Shown here piece by piece: positions 14,067-27,100 of a stretch of 64,000 nt of DNA (its first letter is position 1; each line of letters opens with the position of its first letter). The notes under the pieces were generated by a model. The model was not told where the DNA came from, did no database searches, and was given only the letters and a program-made list of their open reading frames with translations. The translations under genes were made by a program, and so were the position numbers. The stretch lies in contig NW_027361869.1 in assembly GCF_039654945.1 (NCBI RefSeq), positions 2,976,001 to 3,040,000 of the forward strand. The letters are read 5' to 3'. The stretch comes from Dendrobates tinctorius (lineage: Eukaryota).

Positions 14067-14142
14067 GCCGCGCACGTCATCAGGGCCGGCAACGCCGGGG
14101 CCGCGCACGTCATCAAGGCCGGCAACGCCGGGGCCGCGCACG
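14067..14142. repeat. 33-bp tandem repeat (2.3 copies) in the NME3 5' leader/promoter
   Basis: GCCGCGCACGTCATCAGGGCCGGCAACGCCGGG x2 plus a partial copy. Each full copy has a TGACGT half-CRE and an ATG on the minus strand. Confidence 0.85.
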
Positions 14143-14319
14143 GAGTGTATGGTGAGCTGCACTGGCCGCGGCCTCTGAATTTTCCCCTAGCAACCAATAA
14201 GATGACTTCTTCCATGAAAAACTGTCACAAGAAATGAAAGCTGAATTCTTATTGGATGCTATGGGGAAGTCTCCACAGTATAATTATCTATCTTCTATAT
14301 TTTTGTGTATATTTCTATC

Positions 14320-15266
14320 TATTAGGGCCGGCGGAACGCACCAAATAATAAGGTGCATTCGCAGCCCAGGGGTCCACCGTGCAGGAGTGGTAACCTGCTG
14401 CTCAGTAATGGCGGATGCTATATGGCGGTATACTATAAAAACACGCGGGTTATCGTCACCCGGTGTGTACGGGGGCGGACTCTGTTGCTTCACAGAGCCG
14501 CGCTACCGCTGAACATAAACGCCGGAGCGTGTTCGTGCTCACAGAGCTCGGCTAAAAGCGCACAGTGTACAGCCACAGAACGCTACCCCAAGGACACGGA
14601 GTTAGAGTCCCTCTAGGCCCAATGAGCGCACGGCGTCGCAGCCACGAGCGCCGCTAAAGACGCTGGCAGTGGAATGTGGAGCGCGTGCACTCAGGCGTGC
14701 TGGTTCACTGGTGAGGACCAATGTCTGACTCAAACCCTGAGCTACCTAATCCTGGGCGCTAGCAGGCTAGGCTGCACAACACATGCGCACCAAGGGTAGG
14801 GGTTTCTTAATGAGTCAGTCACCAGAGACATTCATACGTGCATTCATCACTCACTCCTTATAGTCAGAAAATACAGTCTATCGTAGCGCATGGCCGAGCG
14901 GCCATGCAAACCTTTTATAGCCGCGGGTGTCCGGGACCTTCCTGGCTTCTCGGATGGGCCAATCCAAACACGAGCAGGACCTGAGCACGTGACCCTCGAT
15001 CTCCAATGGGAGATCACTCCACGGGCATGCTCAGTGGCCCGATATGAGGACTTAGTCCCTGAAGAATCTCGCTGCTGAGCAGCATGCATTGTCATAGCTG
15101 TGCCAGAGGTGGCAGCAGCAAGCAAACCCACGGAGTTGGTCTGGGCAGAGCGCTGGGACTGACTAATCTGCTGCGCAGGCTCCACTGTGGCCAAAGAAGA
15201 ATGGGAGACCGCTGGTGCAAGGCTCTGGATTCCTGCTGTGCAGTGGCAGGAACCCGACGCCTAACA
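14320..15266 (-). mobile_element. 3' LTR of a Gypsy (chromovirus-type) retrotransposon
   Basis: Minus strand starts TGTTAGG at 15266 and ends CCTAATA (degenerate CA) at 14320. Homologous to the LTR at 55105-56465. TATA-like GGCTATAAAAGG near 14911-14922. Confidence 0.8.
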
Positions 15267-15389
15267 TTACCTGCCCCCTCTCCTCTGAGCCTCACTACGC
15301 TCAAATGCCGCAATGAGGAGCAGAGCGTGGATGGTCTCCGCTGGGTCCGAGCCTCTGGACCCTGACCCTTCCAATCCACCAAATAAAAC
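15267..15389 (-). pseudogene. Gypsy integrase C-terminal chromodomain remnant plus polypurine tract
   Basis: Minus strand reads FYLVDWKGQGPE (chromodomain YLVxWKGY-like), then PPT GAGGAGAGGGGGCAGG just before the LTR. Cut off by the hAT end at 15390. Confidence 0.75.
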
Positions 15390-15727
15390 TAGAGTTGAGC
15401 AAAACGGGTTGAAAAAATTCAAAAGTCACCGACTTTCGCCAAAATCAGGTTTCATGAAACAAAACCTGAACTTAGCATGAGGTTGGCGACCATCACGTTT
15501 CAAAAGATGCTTTAGCGCCCTTTTTCAGCCAATCAGGAAGAACGGACACTGTGGGCAACGTGATGACATAGGCAGCGGTTACCATCATGTTTGTGAAGAG
15601 CATGCAAGTGATTGGCTTGCTTTGTGTGGCGTCACAGGGGGTATAAAAGGGCGTGCACGCCGACCGCCATGTTACTTATGCTGATCTCAGAATAGGGAGA
15701 GCTGCTGTTGCTGCTGATTCTGTAGGG

Positions 15728-15889
15728 CAGAGTTTCCCAACTCCAGTCCTCAAGGCCCACCAACAGATCATGTTTTCAGGATTTCCTTTGTATTGCACAG
15801 GTGATGCAATTATCACCTGAGCAATACTAAGGAAATCCTGAAAACATGATCTGTTGGTGGGCCTTGAGGACTGGAGTTGGGGAACCCTG
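15728..15889. mobile_element. 162-bp palindromic hAT (Charlie-like) MITE nested in hAT copy A
   Basis: TIR CAGAGTTTCCCAACTCC ... GGAGTTGGGGAACCCTG, perfect 8-bp TSD CTGTAGGG. The equivalent site in copy B (about 30806-30813) is empty. Confidence 0.9.
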
Positions 15890-16650
15890 CTGTAGGGAGA
15901 GCGTTAGGCAGGGAAGAAGATACAAAAAACTGCTTCTGCTGCTAGCGATTTTGCCTGTACAACACACCAGTCACTGTGTGTGCAGTGCAAGGGGAGGCTA
16001 TATTTCGGTGCATCAGCTCTGTTGGTTATTAGGCTGCCTTATAAGGCTCCCTGATAGCTGCATTGCTGTTTTCACACTGCTGAGCAAACTGCTTTTTTCA
16101 AAGCAATACAAATTTTATTGTTTTGTCCTGGTGAGTTACTGAGCGTTCATTTTTTCACACACCGTACAGTGGTGTATGCTCCTCACACAGTACCGTGTAC
16201 GGCTGTTATCACGGCCAAATTGAAGCTATCTACGTGTGTGACTCTGTAAGGAAAAGTCAAGGAGTTTGTCCGTTCTTACAGACCTACACTCTAGGAAGAT
16301 TCCAATTCTGCCCAATTCTATATACACCTTGTAGTTAGTCATACACTAGGCAATTTCTGCCTGTCACATTGCGGTGTAATCTGTCCTGGGCCTGAGACAA
16401 TAGTTCAGCGTCCTCCAATCTACAGTGAGATTAAAATTCTCACCACTACTTTATACAGCTTTTGCCTTCTCATACACCAGCCAATTTCTGCCTGTCACAT
16501 AGCGGTGCAATCTATACTGGGCCTGAGACAATAGTTCAGCGTCCTCCAATCTACAGTGAGATTCAAATTCTCACCAATACTCTATAGACCCTTTACCTTG
16601 TTTTACAGTACCATATAGCTGTTGTTATTTTGGGTACCTTTTTCAAAAAA

Positions 16651-19413
16651 ATGAAGAAGTATGGTGGAAGATGCCGTGGAAGTGGGCGAGGGTTGCCAGC
16701 TGGTCCTGATGGTGGTGTTGGTGGTGGTGCTTCTGCTGGTTGTGGCAAAAGCACAATAGCACCTAAGGCAGGAGGTGGTGAGCTGCCTTCATTGTCTGGC
16801 TCCACAAGGCCTCGTAGGCTCCCTTTTCTGGGAGTAGGTAAACCGCTTTTAAAGCCGGAGCTTCAGGAACAAGTTTTGGCTTACATTGCTGACACAGCCT
16901 CCAGCTCTATCGCCTCCTCTTCTGAAGTTTCAAAAAATAAAAGCACTGCGTCGTCAGTGGAGGCTCCTGATCAGGAACAACACCTTTCCTTGTGTCCTTC
17001 ACCCCAACCAAAAGTGAAGGATGTGGCAGGCCACACAACAGATTACTCCATGGAGCTGTTTTCTCATACCATGCCTGGGTTATCAAGTCAATTCATGAAT
17101 TCCCCAGTCCAAGATGAATCTGACATGGAGTGCAGTGATGCACAGCCACTGCTAGATTTATCTGCTGGTACATTCACTCAGAGCACTACATTGTCCTCGC
17201 AGTGTACTGAGCCAGAATCTGACCCTGATGAAACGCAGGTGCCTCTTCCCGCATACTATACCACCTTACATGGTGACACAGAGGAAGGTGCACATGACAT
17301 TGAAGAGGAGGTGATGGATGACCCAGTTGTTGACCCAGATCGGCATCCTTTGGGGGAAGAGGGTGCCGCTGCCAATAGCTCAGAAGAGGAAGAGGAGCAT
17401 CCGCAGCAGGCATCGACATCGCAACAGCTGTTATCTGGCAGGCCCGGAGCAGTCCAAAAATGGGTTACAAAAAGCAAAAGAGTTGCAGGACAGCTTGGCC
17501 AGAAGGTCAAATTAGCACAGCGTGCAAGGACTCAAAATGTCTTCCATAGTAGGAAGAGTGCAGTGTGGCACTTTTTTGAACAAAATCCTAATGATCAGGC
17601 AAAGGTTATCTGTAAGAAGTGCGCAAAGACCTTTAGCCGAGGGAAAAATCTGAGAAATTTGAATACCAGTTGCATGCTAAGACATTTAACCACCATGCAC
17701 TTGCAAGCGTGGACGGACTACCAAACCTCACATACCACATGTGCAACTACTCCCAAAGAAGGTAGTCAGCAACACTACATTGTTTCCCCCACTGTAAGCC
17801 CACCGTTTAGCACAGCAGCAAATGTTGAGGTGTCCTTGCAAGGCCAAAGCAGTCAGGGAATCACAATGTTATATCAACGAAAGACTGAATCTAGGCCATC
17901 TGAAAGAACACCAACTCCATCACCATCATCAACCCTCTCTCAGTCGGCCATGTCCACCGCTAGTTCCATCATATGCAGCTCTCAAGTCCAGCTCACCTTA
18001 CCAGAGACTATGAGTAGGACAAGAAAATACTCATCCTCTCATCCGCGTACACTGGGTTTGAACGCCCACATTGCCAAACTAATCTCGTTAGAGATGATGC
18101 CCTACCGGTTAGTTGAAAGCGCAGCTTTCCGCGATCTCATGGCCTATGCAGTACCACGCTATGACCTACCTAGTCGCCACTTTTCTCGCAAAGCCATCCC
18201 AGCCCTCCACCTTCATGTGAAAGACCGCATTGTCCATGCACTCAAGCAGTCAGTGAGTGGAAAGGTGCACCTCACAACTGATGCATGGTCCAGTAGGCAT
18301 GGCCAGGGCCGTTACGTGTCCATCACTGCGCACTGGGTTAATTGTGTGGATGCAGGGTCCACAGGGGACAGCGGAGGTGGGACAGTGCTGCCTAGCCCAC
18401 GGTATAGGAAACAGTTGGCTGTAGGCGTTCGACCCTCCTCCTCCTCCTCCAGAAGCGAAAGCTCATCCACAGAGCGCAGTCGCACGAGCACTCCATCCGC
18501 AGCTGCCAGTGTTGCACACGAGGTGTCCCCCTATCGATCAGCTAGTGGAAAGCGTCAGCAGGCTGTGTTGCAGATGATGTGTTTGGGCGACAGACACACC
18601 GCGGATGTACTGGCCGACTACTTTCAGCGACAAACTGAGTCATGGCTGGGCAGTCTACATCTTGAGGCAGGCAAGGTAGTTAGTGATAACGGCCGGAAAT
18701 TTGTGGCAGCCAAAGCCCTTTCAAAACTCAGACACATACCTTGCCTGGCTCACACCTTGAAACTGGTGGTGCAGTGCTTCCTCAATAATTATTCGGAGTT
18801 AACAGGCTTGCTCCATAAGGTTCGAAGACTGTGCTCGCACATCCGCCAGTACACTCCAGTCGTATGCAGAAGCTGCAGCGATTGCTCCACCTTCCCAAGC
18901 ACTGCCTAATTATCGACGTTGCAACAAGGTGGAACTCCACCCTGCACATGGTTGAGCGGCTGTGGGAACAGAGGCAGGCCGAAATGCATTTGTGGGAGGA
19001 TACACGGCCAGGCACTTTGAGAGCAGACATGGAGTTGACAGGTGTGCAGTGGTCGAAGCTGAAAGACCTCTGTAAAGTCCTTCAGTGTTTTGAGGAATGC
19101 ACACGGCTGGTAAGCGCAGACGACGCCATCCTAAGCATGAGCATCCCACTTATGCGTCTGCTCATGCAAACTTTGACGCACATTAAGGAGCAGGCATCTG
19201 CAGCCGAGGTAGATGAGGAGGAAGAGGAGGAGGGAAGCCTTGATGACAGTCAGCCAATTTCTGCTCCGGGACCACTCCTGGACGAGGTGGAGGAAGAGGA
19301 GGATGATGATGGTGATGATTATTTAGGGGAGGAGGATGCATCTCGTGGGGCAAGAGAAAATGTTGGCGTGGCAAGGTCTGCTACAGGGTTTGTGCGTGAC
19401 TGGAGGGATGTGT
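16651..19413 (+). pseudogene. hAT transposase pseudogene (BED finger, DDE), frameshifted near 18850 and lacking the C-terminus
   Basis: SAVWHFF..CKKC..LRHLTTMH BED finger, LTTDAWS, VSDNG, CLAH, TRWNST. A short deletion relative to copy B shifts the frame, and the third catalytic E is missing. Confidence 0.9.
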
Positions 19414-21895
19414 AATCCCTGCAGAGCTGTATGATCAGTACCACCACCTTGTCCCCGCAAACCTGTGTGATCAGTGCAACCACCTCCTCCCTACAGAGCT
19501 GTATGATCACTGCCACCACCTCATCCCTGCAGAGCTGTATGAGCAGTGACACCACCTCGTCCCCGCAACGCTGTATGATCAGTGTCACCACCTTGTCCAC
19601 GCAGAGCTGTATGATCTGTACCACCACCTCCTCCCCGCAAAGCTGTATGATCAGTGCCACCACCTTGTCCACGCAGAGCTGCATAATTAGTGCCACCACC
19701 TCATCCCTGCAGAGCTATATGATAAGTGCCACCACCTCATCGTTGCAGAGCTGTATGATCAGTGCCACCACCTCATCCCTGCAGAGCTGTATGATAAGTG
19801 CCACCACCTCATCATTGCAGAGCTGTATGATCAGTGCCACTACCTCATCCCTTCAGAGCTGTATGATTAGTGTCACCACCTCATCCCTGCAGAGCTGTAT
19901 GATCAGTGCCACCACCTCCTCCCTGCAGAGCCGTATGATCATTTCCACCACCTCATCCCTGCAGAGCTGTATGATAAGTGCCACCACCTCATCCCTGCAG
20001 AGCTGTATAATTAGTGCCACTACCTCATCCCTGCAGAGCTGTATTTTCAGTGCCACCACCTCATCATTGCAGAGCTGTATGATCAGTGCCACCACCTCAT
20101 CCCTGCAGAGCTGTATGATCAGTGCCACTACCACATCCCTGCAGAGCTGTATGATCAGTGCCACCACCTCATCCCTGCAGAACTGTATGATCACTGCCAC
20201 CACCTCATCCCTGCAGAGCTATATGATCAGTGCCACCACTTCCTCACTGCAGAGCTGTATGATTAGTGTCACCACATCATCCCTGCAGAGCTGTATGATA
20301 AGTGCCACCACCTCATCCCTGCAGAGCAGTATGATTAGTTTCACCACCTCATCCCTGCAGAGCTGTATGATAAGTGCCACCACCTCATCCCTGCAGAGCT
20401 GTTTGATTAGTGCCACCACCTCATCCCTGCAGAGCTGTTTGATTAGTGCCACCACCTCATCCCTGCAGAGCTGTATGATTAGTGTCACCTCCTCATCCCT
20501 GCAGAGCAGTATGATCGGTGCCACCATCTCATCCCTGCAGAGTTGTATGATCGGTGCCACTACCTCATAACTGCAGAGTTGTATGATCGCTGTCACCACT
20601 TCATCCCTGTGGAGCTGTATGATCAGTGCCTCCACCTCCTCCCTGCAGAGCCGTATGATCATTTCCAACACCTCATCCCTTCAGAGCTGTATGATAAGTG
20701 CCACCACCTCATCCCTGCAGAGCTGTATGATTAGTGCCACTACCTCATCCCTGCAGAGCTGCATTTTCAGTGCCACCACCTCATCGTTGCAGAGCTGTAT
20801 GATCAGTGCCACCACCTCATCACTGCAGAGCTGTATGATAAGTGCCACCACCTCATCCCTGCAGAGCTGTATAATCACTGCCACCACCTCATCATTGCAG
20901 AGCTGTATGATCAGTGCCACTACCACATCCCTGCAGAGCTGTATGATCAGTGCCACTACCACATCCCTGCAGAGCTGTATGATTAGTTCCACTACCCCAT
21001 CCCTGCAGAGCTGTATGAGCAGTGCCACCACCTCATCCCTGCAGAGCTGTATGATCAGTACCACGACCTCATCCCTGCAGAGCTGTTTGATTAGTGCCAC
21101 CACCTCATCCTTGCAGATCTATACGATTAGTGTCACCTCCTCATCCCTGCAGAGCTGTATGATCGGTGCCACCCTCTCATCCCTGCAGAGTTATATGATC
21201 GGTGCCACTACCTCATAACTGCAGAGCTGTATGATCGCTGTCAGCACCTCATCCCTGTAGAGCTGTATGATCAGTGCCTCCACCTCCTCCCTGCAGAGCC
21301 GTATGATCATTTCCACCACCTCATCCCTGCAGAGCTGTATGATAAGTGCCACCACCTCATCCCTGCAGAGCTGTATGATTAGTGCCACTACCTCATCCCT
21401 GCAGAGCTGTATTTTCAGTGCCACCACCTCATCGTTGCAGAGCTGTATGATCAGTGCCACCACCTCATACCTGCAGAGCTGTATGATAAGTGCCACCACC
21501 TCATCCCTGCAGAGCTGTATGATCACTGCCACCACCTCATCATTGCAGAGCTGTATGATCAGTGCCACTACCACATCCCTGCAGAGCTGTATGATTAGTG
21601 CCACCACCTCATCCCTGCAGAGCTGTATGAGCAGTGCCACCACCTCATCCCTGCAGAACTGTATGATCAGTACCATGACCTCGTCCCCGCAAAGCTGTAT
21701 GATCAGTGCCACCACCTTGTCCACGCTAAGCTGTATGATCCGTACCACCACCTCCTCCCCGCAAAGCTGTATGATCAGTACCACCACCTTGTCCACGCAG
21801 AGCTGCATGATTAGTGCCACCACCTCATCCCTGCAGAGCTGTATGATAAGTGCCACCACCTCATCCCTGCAGAGCTGTATGATTAGTGTCACCAC
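19414..21895 (+). repeat. 36-bp minisatellite derived from the histone 3'-processing signal, left segment (about 69 units)
   Basis: Unit AGTGCCACCACCTCATCCCTGCAGAGCTGTATGATC; matches 35/36 the sequence starting at the 3' arm of the H1 stem-loop (54678). Confidence 0.95.
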
Positions 21896-22741
21896 TAGAG
21901 TTGAGCGACTTTTGGTTTTTTAGGCTCGCGTTTCGTTTCGTGAAACCCGACTTTTCCAAAAGTCGGGTCGAGCAAGATCGTCCGATTATAGGGAAAAGTC
22001 GGGGTCGTCCCGAAACACGAAACCCAATGTAAGTCAATGGGGAATAAAAGTCGGCAGTGAGAGGAGGACAGGAAACACACCTACAGTGCCCATTTGAATG
22101 CCAAAAGCATCAATTCTTCTTTCTTAAGCTTGTCAACCTTAATTAACTTCATAATACAAGTTACGCACTGAAAAATGGGGGTTATTTGGCTACAAACTGT
22201 GGGGGGGAGGGCTGGCTCCAGGTTTTCATGTGCCCTGGGCGAAAGAGCGCCCCTTTAACACATACCACAACTCATCATGCTCCGATACGGCAGAGAAATA
22301 GCGGTATAGTCCAATGAAAAATACCTCACTTTTTACATCTCATGACGAGGCCCATCTATTTCTCCATACAGAATCATTGGTCCCATATAATGTTTGAAAC
22401 AGTATATGATGAGCTCCACATAATGCTACAGTATATGATGGTCCCCATGGATGAAGCTCCACTGTCTTATGGGCCCAAATAATGCTCCAAACATAATGGG
22501 CCCCATTTCTAATGCTCTAGTGTATAATGGGCCCTGTAAATGCTGCTCCAGTGTCTGATGTCCACCTTTGGAATGTTCCAGTGTATGGTGGGCCCCATCT
22601 ATCATTCTCCAGAGTATAGTGCTCCCCAAAAATTGCTGTCCCAACATTGAAAACAATCAAATAAGTCTCCTCGCTAGGGAATCCCTGTACTTGTCTGGAC
22701 AGGTGCTGTAGCTTGCTTAACAGCTCGCCAGCCGTTCTCAC

Positions 22742-23770
22742 GCCCAGTATGGATTACACGTGATTGCACAAAGGTGAGAAAGGGTACCGTATCCCCAGAT
22801 AACATGTATGGATAGCGTACACATTCAAAATATATGTCTCAGGAGGCAGGCTCAGACGGTGTTAGGCCCAGTATGGATTGCACGTGATTGCACAAAGGTT
22901 AGAAAGGGTACCGTATCACCGGATAACATGTATGGATAGCGTACACATTCAAAATATATGTCTATACAGCATGAGGCAGGCTCAGACGGTGTTAGGCCCA
23001 GTATGGATTGCACGTGATTGCACAAAGGTTAGAAAGGGTACCGTATCCCCAGATAACATGTATGGATAGCGTACACATTCAAAATATATGTCTCAGGAGG
23101 CAGGCTCAGACGGTGTTAGGCCCAGTATGGATTGCACGTGATTGCACAAAGGTTAGAAAGGGTACCGTATCCCCGGATAACATGTATGGATAGCGTACAC
23201 ATTCAAAATATATGTCTATACAGCATGAGGCAGGCTCAGATGGTGTTAGGCCCAGTATGGATTGCACGTGATTGCACAAAGGTTAGAAAGGGTACCGTAT
23301 CCCCAGATAACATGTATGGATAGCGTACACATTCAAAATATATGTCTCAGGAGGCAGGCTCAGACGGTGTTAGGCCCAGTATGGATTGCACGTGATTGCA
23401 CAAAGGTTAGAAAGGGTACCGTATCCCCGGATAACATGTATGGATAGCGTACACATTCATAATATATGTCTATACAGCATGAGGCAGGCTCAGACGGTGT
23501 TAGGCCCAGTATGGATTGCACGTGATTGCACAAAGGTTAGAAAGGGTACCGTATCACCGGATAACATGTATGGATAGCGTACACATTCAAAATATATGTC
23601 TATACAGCATGAGGCAGGCTCAGACGGTGTTAGGCCCAGTATGGATTGCACGTGATTGAACAAAGGTTAGAAAGGGTACCGTATCACCGGATAACATGTA
23701 TGGATAGCGTACACATTCAAAATATATGTCTATACATCAGGAGGCAGGCTCAGACGGTGTCAGGCACAGT
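22742..23770. repeat. 124/130-bp tandem repeat inside hAT copy B (about 8 units)
   Basis: Unit GGATTGCACGTGATTGCACAAAGGTTAGAAAGGGTACCG..., with 6-bp length variants. The same array is at 58460-60605. Confidence 0.9.
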
Positions 23771-24195
23771 ATGGATTTGACGGCCCGGATTACACAGCGG
23801 AGGAGCAGGGAGAGGTAAAGATTGCAAATGCTGGGGCCCTGCCCAAGCAAGGGGGGCCCACTCGTGGGCGTCGGTACTGGCACTGGGCCCCTCATAGTAC
23901 AGCGGTGTGTCTGACGGCGGGTGTGCACCACCACCGTCAGAGACACTTGATTGCACTATGAGGGACCCTGTGCCAGTGCCCGCGCCCAAGAGTCGGCCTA
24001 CCCACCCGTCCAGGGCAATGGCACTCGCACGGTGTCGTGCGCTAGGTGGTGACCCCGGCCATGGGGGGGAGGCAGCACAGTTAGGGAGTTTTAGAAAGTG
24101 GCATATGTTGATGTTGGACATTCAGCTGATGCAAAAGGCGAAATAGGTGAAGTACCAGGAAGAGGTGGACCAAAGCAAGCCATTTTTCTGTCACC

Positions 24196-27100
24196 CTATG
24201 TGTCATCAGGGGAAGGTGGGACAAAATCCTTGGAAACCCATGCGTGGTTCATTTTAATGAAGGTTAGATCATCCACATTTTGGGTTGACAGACGGGTCCT
24301 TTTTTCTGTCAGGATTGATCCAGCTGCACTGAAGACTCTTTCCAATAGCACACTTGCAGCTGGGCAAGCGAGCTCCTGTAAGGCATATTGGGCCAATTCA
24401 GGCCAGGTGTCCAGTTTAGCGGCCCAATAGTCAAAGGGGAATGACCTGTGTGGGAGAACATCGATATGGGAGGAAAAGTAGTTTGTAACCATAGTTGACA
24501 ACTGCTGTCTCCTGTCACTTTCCATCGATGCAGTATTACCAGTTGTGTGAGCGGTATTTGAAAAATCAGTCCACAACATTGTCATGAAACCCCTGTCTCC
24601 AACGCCACTTCTGCTGTGTGCACCACGAACACCTCTGCCAAGCTGCCCCCGGCCCGTACGGCTCGTGTGAGAACCATCACCGCTGCTGTGTGCTGGGAAT
24701 GCCTCAAGCAACCGATTTACCAGAGTTGCTTGTTTATTAGCCAATATTAGGTCAAGGTTCTCCTGTGGCATGATGTTTTGTAATTTGCCTTTATAGCGTG
24801 GATCCAGGATGCTGGCCAACCAGTAGTCGTCATCGTTCATCATTTTGGCAATGCGGGGGTCCCTTTTTAGGATCCGCAAGGCATAATCTGACATGTGGGC
24901 CAATGTTCCCGGTGTCAATGATGCACTGCGAGTGCTGGGTGGAGGAGCACTTTCTGGCAAATCCACATCCCTCCAGTCACGCACAAACCCTGTACCAGAC
25001 CTTGCCACGCCAACATTTTCACTTGCCCCACGAGATGCATCCTCCTCCCCTAAGTAATCATCCCCATCATCATCCTCCTCCTCCTCTTCTTCCTCCACCT
25101 CGTCCAGGAGAGGTCCCTGAGCAGACAATGGCTGAATGTCATCAAGGATTCCCTCCTCCTCTTCCTCCTCATCAACATTGGCTGCAGAGGCCTGCTCCTT
25201 AAGGTGCGTCAAAGTTTGCATGAGCAGACGCATAAGTGGGATGCTCATGCTTAGGATGGCGTCGTCTGCGCTTACCAGCCGTGTGCATTCCTCAAAACAC
25301 TGAAGGACTTTACAAAGGTCTTTCAGCTTCGACCACTGCACACCTGTCAACTCCATGTCTGCTCTCAAAGTGCCTGGCCATGTATCCTCCCACAAATGCA
25401 TTATGGCCTGCCTCTGCTCGCACAGCCGCTCCACCATGTGCAGGGTGGAGTTCCACCTTGTTGCAATGTCGATAATGAGGTGGTGGTTGGGAAGGTGGAG
25501 CAATCGCTGCAGCTTCTGCATACGAACGGAGTGTACAGGTGACCGGCGGATGTGTGCGCACAGTCTTCGCACCTTATGGAGCAGGGCTGTTAACTCCGGA
25601 TAATTTTTGAGGAAGCACTGCACCACCAGGTTCAAGGTGTGAGCCAAGCAAGGTATGTGGCTGAGTTTTGAAAGGGCTATGGCTGCCACAAAATTACGGC
25701 CGTTATCACTAACTACCTTGCCTGCCTCAAGATGTACACTGCCCAGCCATGACTCAGTTTGTCGCTTCAAGTACTCGGCCAGCACCTCGGCGGTGTGTCT
25801 GTCGCCCAAACACATCATCTGCAACACAGCCTGCTGACACTTTCCACTAGCTGCTCGATAGGGGGACACATCGTGTGCAACAGTGGCAGCTGCAGATGGA
25901 GTGCTCGTACGACTGCGCTCTGTGGACGAGCTTTCGCTTCTGGAGGAGGAGGAGGAGGGTCGAACGCCTACAGCCAACTGTTTCCTATACCGTGGGCTAG
26001 GCAGCACTGTCCCACTACCGCTGTCCCCTGTGGACCCTGCATCCACCACATTAACCCAGTGCGCAGTGATGGACACGTAACGGCCCTGGCCATGCCGACT
26101 GGACCATGCATCAGTTGTGAGGTGCACCTTTCCGCTCACTGACTGCTTGAGTGCATGGACAATGCGGTCTTTCACATGATGGTGGAGGGCTGGGATGGCT
26201 TTGCGAGAGAAGAAGTGGCGACTGGGTAGGTCATAGCGTGGTACTGCATAGGCCATGAGTTCGCGGAAAGCTGTGCTTTCCACCAACCGAAAGGGCATCA
26301 TCTCAAACGAGATTAGTTTGGCAATGTGGGCGTTCAAACCCAGTGTACGCGGATGAGAGACTGAGTACTTTCTTGACCTACTCATAGTGTCTGGGAGGGT
26401 GAGCTGGACTTGAGAGCTGCATATGGTGGAAGTAGCGGTGGACAGGGCGGACTGAGAGAGGGTTGATGATGGTGATGGAGTTGGTGTTCTTTCTGATGGC
26501 CTAGAATCAGTCTTTCGTTGATATAACAGTGGGATTCCCTGACTGCTGTGGTCTTGCAACGACACCTCAACATTTGCTGCTGTGCTAACCGGTGGGCTTA
26601 CAGTGGGGGAAACAATGTAGCGTTGCTGACTACCTTCGTTGTGATCAGTTGCACATGTGGCACTTGAGGTTTGGTGTTGTGTCCACGCTTGCAAGTGCAT
26701 GCTGGTTAAATGTCTAAGCATGCAACTGGTATTCAAATTTTTCAGATTTTTCCCTCGGCTAAACGTCTTTGCGCACTTCTTACAGATAACCTTGGCCTGA
26801 TCATGAGGATTTTGTTCAAAAAAGTGCCACACTGCACTCTTCCTACTTTGGCAGACATTTTGCGGCCTAGCACGCTGTGATCTTTTGACCCTCTGGACAA
26901 GCTGTCCAGCAACTCTTTTGATGTTTGGAACCTGTCTTTGGAGTGCTCCGGGCCTGCCAGATAACAGCTGTTGCGATGTCGATGTCTGCTGTGGATGCTC
27001 CTCATCTGAGCTATTGGAAGCAGCACCCTCTTCCCCCAATGGATGCCAATCTGGGTCAACAACTGGGTCATCCATCACCTCCTCTTCTATGTCATGTGCA

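Larger units (their letters stand above)
15390..19413 (+). mobile_element. hAT DNA transposon copy A (diverged subfamily, 3'-truncated)
   Basis: Starts with TIR TAGAGTTGAGC. The subterminal region and TATA/CCAAT promoter match the 31162 end of copy B. Ends abruptly in the 36-bp array. Confidence 0.9.
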
